In this document: positions 15,045 to 21,298 of the stretch, piece by piece
Layout: each line of letters begins with the position of its first letter
How positions within the stretch are numbered: position 1 is the stretch's first letter
Source of the DNA: Synechococcales cyanobacterium VAR_4_metabat_354
GTDB taxonomy: Bacteria > Cyanobacteriota > Cyanobacteriia > Cyanobacteriales > Chamaesiphonaceae
Length of the DNA: 21,298 nt
Reading direction: 5' to 3'
Assembly (NCBI GenBank): GCA_031414775.1
Contig: JANOQI010000002.1
Location: 1-21,298 of the forward strand
Translations under genes and position numbers: made by a program
Notes under the pieces: generated by a model
The model's database searches: none
The model's input: only the letters and a program-made list of their open reading frames with translations
Told to the model about the DNA's origin: nothing

Positions 15045-17882
15045 TTATTCAGGATTAAGAATCAACAGACCCAAAAGATCCATCGGAATCTGTGGCTCAA
15101 TTGATTGCTGACGCTTGCCCCTAGTTGCCACCCGAATCCGGTCATAAGTAGCTGATAAATTCTGGGCACGTTCTGCCGCTAAATTCTCCAAATGCCCCGA
15201 AAGCACCGGCCAGCGATCGATTAAATCACCCACTGCCTTGCGCTTAATTTCAGCATTAGCATTGGTGCTAGGGCTGGCACTCTTCAGCAATTCCAACGCC
15301 TGGTCAGAACTCAACCACTGAGGATTACGCGGTGAACCAGTAAAACCAGCCAAAATGCACTCCTCCGCCATCAACGGTGCCGTCGCTGCACCATCTAAGT
15401 TGCCAATCAAATAACGCAATCGCAGCAACAATAAATTAGTCCGCTGGGGCACATCCTTGGTAAGGATGTAGCCACACCGCGCCGCCGCCGTTGGATTTTG
15501 CTGGTTAGTCAAAGATTCTTCCAACAAAAAACTCGCCAACCGCTCCACGATCAGATGATTGCGCCCAATGTATTCCACACCTTCCGCTACTGGCTCATGG
15601 AAAGCAATCAAAGTTTTTTCCTTGATCACATTCTTTAAGCAATCTGGCAGGGAAGATACGATCCACCATTGCTTTTCCCGCTTCATGCCATGACCCAAAC
15701 GCTCACAGGCCGTCCTGACAAAACGCTCCACATCGTCAGCATTACCCAACACCCGATCGGTTTCTTGCAGCTCTTTCTCAATTTCCTCTGGCTTAATCCC
15801 CGCCTGAGCAAACTTAGTCATCGACTGTTTTTCCCGACTTACCGCGCTATCCCAACGCCGATGCACCTCACTAATTGGCGAAGCCTCATCCTTAAACAAG
15901 TCCAGCTTGAGCTGTTCCACCGTTCCCGGATGTTCAAACAACGACTTAAAAATCGCTGTTTGCACTGTGCTGCTATCGATCGGCAGTGGCACCGATACCC
16001 CCAACGTTTTACGAATCGTCACCGCCTTCCGAATCAAAACCTCCAGCACCGCCAAATCAATCTTGTTGTCACTGCCATACAGTAAACAAGTTCTCACAAC
16101 GGGGGCTTTCTGACCATAGCGATCGATCCGTCCTTCCCGCTGCTCTAACCGGTTGGGGTTCCAAGGCAAGTCATAGTGAATCGCAGCTTGGAAATGAGTT
16201 TGCAGATTCACCCCCTCACTCAAACAATCCGTAGCCACCATCACCCGCTGGCTATAACCTTTCAGCTCCTCCAACCGAGTTTCCCGCTCGTCTTCAGACT
16301 GTTCACCAGTAATCGCAATTACGCGGATTCCGCTACCCTTTTTCTTTTCCAGTTCCCGATGAAGCTGATCTGCCACATATTTAGCCGTGGCAATATACCG
16401 ACACCAAACGATCGGGTTCAATCCTTCGGCCAACAGATTCTTGACTCGATCGATCATCACTTCTAGCTTGCGATCTTGTTTGGGATCGATCGCCTTAGCA
16501 TTCTTCAAAAACTGCGCTAGCTTCCGTCTGTCACTATCCTGACTCCCGATTTCCACCGTTGGCGTAGCATCAGTACTCTGCTCTTGCTCGGTAGGGTCAT
16601 AAACATAGGAACTCATCAACTCGTCATCTAACAAATCCACCGAGTCTCCCCGGTTCTCAATTTGCTTACCTAATGTGGCGATCGCCGCTGCCGGTGAAGA
16701 CATCACACAACGCAAAATAGCCAAAGCCGACCAATATCGACCCTGCTGCTGCGCCTTGCTCAGACCTTCAGTGGTAGTCACCAACCGCCGCGCAAAGCTG
16801 TAAACCTCTTCATAAAGTTCCAGATACTTTGGTGACAGTTTATAACTGACTTCCGTAGCTTCCCGCTCAGGAAATGGCGTATCCGCACCCAACCACTGTT
16901 TCACATCACCCCGCCGCCGCTGCACAAAGTATTTAGCTAACTCTGCCCGATCCTTGAGCGCAAAATTATCCAAATCCAATTCACCAAACTCCGGTTTCAG
17001 CAAACCAATTAAGGACAAAAAGCCCTCAGCAATCCCACTGTGAGGCGTGGCACTCAACAACACCAAATGACAATCCAACCGCCCACTAATTTCTTTGACT
17101 AATTGATAGCGCTGATGTTGAGAGCTACTATCACCGCTAGTATTACTGCAAGTATGCGCCTCATCCACAATCACAAAATCTGGACACTGCGCCAAAAAAG
17201 CTGCTCGCCTACGATCGGACTTCACATAGTCCAAGCTCACAATGATGTGAGGGTAGTAAGAAAAAACACTGTGCTCACCAGAAGGCAAACCGAGCTCTAG
17301 CTTCGATACGGTACTTGATCGCACCACCACCGCATCGATCTGAAACTTATCTTTCAACTCCTTTTGCCACTGCTGACAAAGCTGCGGCGGACAAAGAATC
17401 GCCATCCGCTTAATTTCGCGCCGATCTAGTAATTCTCTGGCGATCAAACCAGCTTCGATCGTCTTACCAATTCCCACATCATCGGCAATTAACATCCGCA
17501 CCGTGGGCATTCTCAACGCCATCAATAGTGGTACTAACTGAAAAGGCCGAGGCTGCACCGCCAGTTTTCCCGAACACCGAAACGGACTCGCGCCACTCCG
17601 CAAGTTCAGCCGCGCTGCATCCATCAATAGCTGAATAGAGGTATGGTCGCTCACCGTAACCGGGTCGGGTAACGGAAACTCAGCCGCCTGAATTTCTTCT
17701 AGCCCTAAAGGCTGATAAATCCCACAAATCTGTTCTTCACTGCCGTTGATTGGGCGCAGTTGAACCAAATTGGAGTTTTCTTGGGGTAATACGACCCAAT
17801 GTCGATCGCGACAGGTCACAATACCGCAAGGTAGAAGCTGGGCTTTGTTTATTGCTGGAGAGAAAGAGCTGGATTTGGTCAT
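15045..17882 (-). CDS. SNF2-family helicase/translocase (DISARM DrmD / ARMADA ArmA-like)
   Basis: PRPFQLVPL, LIADDVGIGKTIEAG, VDEAH, LSATPH, SEGVNLQ and YDLPWNPNRLEQREGRIDRYGQ. Lies directly upstream of the methyltransferase. ATG 17882 preferred over TTG 17900. Confidence 0.9.
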   Translation of the reverse strand: MTKSSSFSPAINKAQLLPCGIVTCRDRHWVVLPQENSNLVQLRPINGSEEQICGIYQPLGLEEIQAAEFPLPDPVTVSDHTSIQLLMDAARLNLRSGASPFRCSGKLAVQPRPFQLVPLLMALRMPTVRMLIADDVGIGKTIEAGLIARELLDRREIKRMAILCPPQLCQQWQKELKDKFQIDAVVVRSSTVSKLELGLPSGEHSVFSYYPHIIVSLDYVKSDRRRAAFLAQCPDFVIVDEAHTCSNTSGDSSSQHQRYQLVKEISGRLDCHLVLLSATPHSGIAEGFLSLIGLLKPEFGELDLDNFALKDRAELAKYFVQRRRGDVKQWLGADTPFPEREATEVSYKLSPKYLELYEEVYSFARRLVTTTEGLSKAQQQGRYWSALAILRCVMSSPAAAIATLGKQIENRGDSVDLLDDELMSSYVYDPTEQEQSTDATPTVEIGSQDSDRRKLAQFLKNAKAIDPKQDRKLEVMIDRVKNLLAEGLNPIVWCRYIATAKYVADQLHRELEKKKGSGIRVIAITGEQSEDERETRLEELKGYSQRVMVATDCLSEGVNLQTHFQAAIHYDLPWNPNRLEQREGRIDRYGQKAPVVRTCLLYGSDNKIDLAVLEVLIRKAVTIRKTLGVSVPLPIDSSTVQTAIFKSLFEHPGTVEQLKLDLFKDEASPISEVHRRWDSAVSREKQSMTKFAQAGIKPEEIEKELQETDRVLGNADDVERFVRTACERLGHGMKREKQWWIVSSLPDCLKNVIKEKTLIAFHEPVAEGVEYIGRNHLIVERLASFLLEESLTNQQNPTAAARCGYILTKDVPQRTNLLLLRLRYLIGNLDGAATAPLMAEECILAGFTGSPRNPQWLSSDQALELLKSASPSTNANAEIKRKAVGDLIDRWPVLSGHLENLAAERAQNLSATYDRIRVATRGKRQQSIEPQIPMDLLGLLILNPE

Positions 17883-18284
17883 GCACCCTATGACTTCCAA
17901 TGAAAAGGAAGCTCAAGTTTTGTATATGCCTAGAGTGCCCAAGGAAGTAGCATTAATCGACTAAGTTAAGTGCAGCTGGGCATTGTCTTCAACGCAATCA
18001 CCAATCCACATCAAAGATCACTTCCGGCAGACATCGCAATCCTCGACCTCTACGCTCCACAACGATTTCCTGGAGCCACCATAGGTTTTGCCAAAATGTA
18101 AGCGCCTGACGGCCTTGGCAAGGTCGCTGATTTTACGGAGGTCTCAGCTAAGCTAGCGACAACAAATATCATCAACTCCCAATACTGTTCGGATAAGCTC
18201 TCATTGGCCTTAGATAGTAGGCTGGATGCCGCATTATTGCGTTAGCCAAACCTACCGATTTCTCCTTAACCGAACGGTATTGCA

Positions 18285-19910
18285 TCAACTCCCACCCCCC
18301 ATAAAATCCCTTGCATCCCTCCAAGCCAAAGCCTCGCCACCAGCCAGCACAACGATCGCAAAACACCGAGGATCGCGATAGCTATACTCCACCAGTCCAG
18401 CAGATTTAACCAAGTCATACCAAGCCTTGAATTCAACGGCCTCAACCTGATCAACGGGCTTCGGCTCCCTGTAAACGTCAGACAGCGGAGTCACCTGCGG
18501 CTGAGACCGAGACTGCGATATCCCCATTTTCTCCTCAAGCGCCAACATCTTCGCAGCAATCGCATCCCAAGGAGCCTCACCGACCACCGATTCCGAAGAC
18601 TCCACCTCAGCCTCCAGGGCAAGTACGGGACTTAACGGCTCCATCATTGGCTGATAAACCTGAGAAGCATCATCGATCCTCAACAGCTGCTGGGTTTGAG
18701 CAGTGGCCTCAGCAGAAACCAGAGGCTTCGGCTTCAGAGCAGTGGGAGCATCATAAGTAACACCCAGCAACTCATACCTAGCCTTCTCCGCCACTTCCCG
18801 CTCTAACCGACGCTGATACTCATTCCACATTAAGCCAGCCTTGAAGGGGTTAGCGAGTACCTGAGCCGCCAACTCCACTGCGCGGGAAGTACTATTGCCA
18901 GATTCGCCCATCTTGCTTTGCTCAATGTAGGAGCGGAAGCTGAGGTTGACGTTGCCATCGACATCAGCCCAAGGCTTTTGATCGATCGTCCCTACTTGGA
19001 GACCAGCAATATATTCAGTCCAGTGAGTCCCAGTACCTCGATCGCACGTCTTCTGAACTTCGGACTCCACCCACTTGGAAGGAGTATGCAAGCGCGGATT
19101 GTTAACAGCATGAGCGTACAGAGCAGCCATGAAGCCCTGCAACTCCTCTAAGGATGCCCAGAGTCCATTGCGCTGGCCAAACTCGACCCAGGTATCGCCT
19201 TGTCTGGCTGAGCGGCGCTCCTTTCGAGTAGGTTTAATGGCGCTTACAATGGTTTTTTCAGCGGCGGCGGCGGAAGATCTGTCAACGCTAGGGATTGTTT
19301 CTGTACAAGGGGTTTTGACTTGTTCAGTTTCGTAGGAATCGATGCTGCTCGGTTCCGGTTCTAGGGTCGATGGTATTAATTCTACCTGACTGGAATCCGA
19401 ATATGAATCAGACCAAAAATCAATCTCCTCCTCAATTTCAAAATGAGGGGTAGGGGAGAGATTCAGTATTTGTTTACTTTGGTAATTGTTACTTTCAGTA
19501 CTTCTTATGTGAGTCGATTTCGATACGCAGGGAATCGATACTGAGGGAAACTGTACCGAGGGTGAAAATGACTGTGAAGGTGCCTGTTTCTCTTTAGCTA
19601 TGGGGGACTCAATAATTAGATGAGCAGACCCGTTAAATCGCCCTATAGCATCCCTTAATCGCTCTCTTACCAGGTATCCATAACTCTCTAGCTCTCTAAG
19701 GGCTTTTTTCATGGCTACCACTCCCATGCACATTTCAGCGCATAGAAATTTGATATTGATCACCCAATTGTTGGGACGAGTGAGCAAATTGATAAAGATC
19801 GCCCTTGCTTGTGCTGATATTCTTCTATCTCTAGCAACCTGGTTTTGGGCGACAAAGTAATTTTCGGTATGTGGTGCGCGAATGATTTGGCTGGTTTGGC
19901 AATAGGTCAT
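18285..19910 (-). CDS. Putative replication initiator: N-terminal winged HTH, low-complexity linker, uncharacterised C-terminal domains
   Basis: The N-terminus (N..ARDRRISAQARAIFINLLTRPNNW...ALRELESYGYLVRERLRD..GRF) resembles phage/plasmid replisome-organiser HTH domains and is followed by pentapeptide repeats. Function is inferred. Confidence 0.6.
   Translation of the reverse strand: MTYCQTSQIIRAPHTENYFVAQNQVARDRRISAQARAIFINLLTRPNNWVINIKFLCAEMCMGVVAMKKALRELESYGYLVRERLRDAIGRFNGSAHLIIESPIAKEKQAPSQSFSPSVQFPSVSIPCVSKSTHIRSTESNNYQSKQILNLSPTPHFEIEEEIDFWSDSYSDSSQVELIPSTLEPEPSSIDSYETEQVKTPCTETIPSVDRSSAAAAEKTIVSAIKPTRKERRSARQGDTWVEFGQRNGLWASLEELQGFMAALYAHAVNNPRLHTPSKWVESEVQKTCDRGTGTHWTEYIAGLQVGTIDQKPWADVDGNVNLSFRSYIEQSKMGESGNSTSRAVELAAQVLANPFKAGLMWNEYQRRLEREVAEKARYELLGVTYDAPTALKPKPLVSAEATAQTQQLLRIDDASQVYQPMMEPLSPVLALEAEVESSESVVGEAPWDAIAAKMLALEEKMGISQSRSQPQVTPLSDVYREPKPVDQVEAVEFKAWYDLVKSAGLVEYSYRDPRCFAIVVLAGGEALAWRDARDFMGGGS
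19521..19565. repeat. Three degenerate 15-bp tandem repeats (iteron-like) inside the initiator-like gene
   Basis: CGATACGCAGGGAAT / CGATACTGAGGGAAA / CTGTACCGAGGGTGA, next to an AT-rich tract at 19461-19510 (13 G+C in 50 nt). Confidence 0.55.
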
Positions 19911-20359
19911 GATGCCTCCTCAACTTTGAGAGTCACATCAACCTGATTGATATCTATATACAGGTCAGTAACTTTTTTAGTGAGCAGATAATCATTCCCG
20001 GTATATTGTCCACGGGCATTTTTAAAAACCCGCCTTTCCAGATAACCAAGCTCAATCAGTTGACGCAGATGCTTACGAATAGTATTAATGTTCTTTTTCA
20101 TTTCCTTAGCAACAACGGAAACAATAAACCTTTCGTCTGGCTTTCTAATCCGCTTTATTAGAATTATCAGTGCTGTGGGATGTAGTCGATCGTCATCGAT
20201 GCCCATGTTGTTGACGACGCTGAGGTTTGTCTTGTGAGACGATCGAATAATTTGGATGTTGGGTGAGCTTATAGCCTTTTGCTTGGAGTCTTGGTCTATT
20301 GGTTGCGTGGGTCTATCAACAGCCATTGGAGCTGCTGCGGTAGATGCGGTGTTTTTCAT
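19907..20359 (-). CDS. Winged-HTH protein paralogous to the N-terminus of the downstream initiator-like gene
   Basis: QIIRSSHKTN...DDRLHPTALII...RKHLRQLIELGYLERR..KNARGQYTG aligns by eye with QIIRAPHTEN...DRRISAQARAI...KKALRELESYGYLVRE..RDAIGRFNG. ATGA overlap at 19907-19910. Start uncertain (ATG 20359 or TTG 20446). Confidence 0.7.
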   Translation of the reverse strand: MKNTASTAAAPMAVDRPTQPIDQDSKQKAISSPNIQIIRSSHKTNLSVVNNMGIDDDRLHPTALIILIKRIRKPDERFIVSVVAKEMKKNINTIRKHLRQLIELGYLERRVFKNARGQYTGNDYLLTKKVTDLYIDINQVDVTLKVEEAS

Positions 20360-20490
20360 AGGTCTATGTGTTGAGGATAGACCGCTGGATTCATTGGATC
20401 TTTGGGTACTGGCGGGTGCTATGTCTATGCCAAAACTACTATGCAACCCGAGGGATTACATATGACATTGCGTCATTTTGGGGCAAATAG

Positions 20491-20520
20491 TAGACATAGC
20501 GAAGCTGTGAAGGATAAAAT
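20491..20520 (+). promoter_or_regulatory. Putative sigma70 promoter directed antisense into the leader region of the HTH/rep operon
   Basis: TAGACA (20491-20496), 18-bp spacer, TAAAAT (20515-20520); each hexamer is 5/6 to consensus. Confidence 0.5.
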
Positions 20521-20526
20521 GCGACT

Positions 20527-20644
20527 AATTGGATTTGTCGTATTTTCCTTCAATCTGTTGGTTTGAGGTTTTTAGAAAGGCCCTCAAATGTTAGATTAAC
20601 AAGCTAGCCGAACACCGTTTGATCTATTGATCGAGCGGTTTTTG
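20527..20644 (+). ncRNA. Candidate ~120-nt counter-transcribed antisense RNA
   Basis: Lies between the promoter at 20491-20520 and the terminator at 20614-20643, with an internal hairpin TTTGAGG (20562-20568)/CCTCAAA (20582-20588). No ORF in the track. Ends are approximate. Confidence 0.4.
20614..20643 (+). terminator. Rho-independent terminator
   Basis: ACCGTTTGATC-TATT-GATCGAGCGGT forms an 11-bp stem that pairs fully only on the + strand (two G-U pairs), followed by TTTTGCTTT. Confidence 0.65.
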
Positions 20645-20868
20645 CTTTATTAACGTGGTTGTAGTACTCAGTACTATTGTCTTTTCATAGAGTTTTAGGG
20701 AAAGGTTGTGAACATCATAGATCGATGAGTGGGCATTGGCCAGAGCGTAAGACATAATCTTGATGAATTTGCTTGGCTCTCAAGGGGGTGAGCGTTGCAG
20801 CATGAAGTACTCAGGGACTACCTCTAGCGCAGACCAGCAGAACCGGGCATAGTTGATTGACTTCGGCT

Positions 20869-21011
20869 CCTATCTCTTCCCCCTTTGTAGAGAGATTGTG
20901 CGTTCCCTCGTGCGCGTTGTCCAGGGTGCGCTACGCCTTCCCTGGCGGTCAGCCCTTGACAATGCTCCTCGCTCGCTATCATTCCTCCGGCCAAGAGGGG
21001 GAAGCGATAGG
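20869..21011. other. 143-nt concentric imperfect hairpin, ssi/sso or Frpo-like single-strand element
   Basis: Outer IR CCTATCTCTTCCCCCT (20869-20884)/AGGGGGAAGCGATAGG (20996-21011), 15/16. Inner IR TTGTCCAGGG (20917-20926)/CCCTTGACAA (20953-20962), 9/10. Both centre near 20940. Confidence 0.55.
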
Positions 21012-21298
21012 TATGGTCGCGTTTAAAATCATCTTAAACTGGACGAAAGCAGCGCTCACCACAGCAGCATGAAAGCAATACAGAGGGCACGAGCAGTGTC
21101 TATTTCGTTGTCGTAGCAAAAATGCCTACAAACGATGCAGCCAGCGTAAAGTTCAGTAGCTGGGGGTTGAGTAGCAATGGAACGAAAAAGTAGGTTAAGG
21201 ATTTCAAAAATCCTCGAAATCCTCTCCTGAAGAGGGTTCCCGTAACGAACGAAATTCTCCCTGCTGAATTAATTCAGGTAAAGCAAAGGAATACCGTC

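Larger units (their letters stand above)
1..21298. repeat. Dispersed HIP1-type sites (CGATCG core, often GCGATCGC or TCGATCGA)
   Basis: Dozens of CGATCG occurrences seen by eye (e.g. near 363, 4485, 5922, 7867, 13446, 16678), typical of cyanobacterial genomes. Confidence 0.8.

Noticed and set aside
264..17882. Calling the locus canonical DISARM, Druantia or BREX
   Set aside because: No separate drmA/drmB, drmC, druH or pglZ/brxC genes are visible in the window; only a DISARM-related three-gene core is supported.
18040..18160. Weak inverted repeats (GACCTC...GAGGTC; GGCCTTG/CAAGGTC) as a recombination site or CRISPR leader
   Set aside because: They are short and imperfect, with no array or recombinase gene in the window.
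18172..18454. Short minus-strand ORFs of 62-64 aa
   Set aside because: They are alternative frames overlapping the 3' end of the 541-aa gene, with no independent support.
20447..20497. Upstream in-frame ATG (MSTICPKMTQCHM*) suggesting the HTH gene has a nonsense-truncated N-terminus or a leader peptide
   Set aside because: It is only 13 codons with no homology evidence and cannot be distinguished from chance.
20857..21072. 71-aa + strand ORF
   Set aside because: TTG start, no motif, and it coincides with the large hairpin, which explains the sequence better.

Overview
Probably cyanobacterial DNA (CGATCG/GCGATCGC HIP1-type sites are very frequent), likely from a plasmid or integrated replicon. 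Most of the window is a minus-strand defence island. Its three-gene core is a SNF2 helicase (DrmD-like), a type IIG/Eco57I-like N6-adenine methyltransferase (DrmMI-like), and a 1.7-kaa YprA/DUF1998 helicase with a C-terminal Vsr/DUF559-like nuclease. This is a DISARM-related, ARMADA-like layout with no drmC in the window. About 5.4 kb of cargo splits the core: a DUF559 endonuclease, a GmrSD type IV restriction enzyme, a zeta-like ATPase with a small partner, and an oppositely oriented DUF6088-AbiEii pair with a third acidic gene. A GATC-bounded double-hairpin repeat occurs twice, once in-frame inside the methyltransferase and once between it and the DUF559 gene. The methyltransferase is a compositional mosaic. 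The right end looks like a replication module: two paralogous winged-helix initiator-like genes, intragenic 15-bp repeats beside an AT-rich tract, a candidate antisense RNA and a 143-nt ssi/Frpo-like hairpin. The left end is an IS terminus that appears to interrupt the next gene. Family calls rest on motif recognition only; no searches were run.
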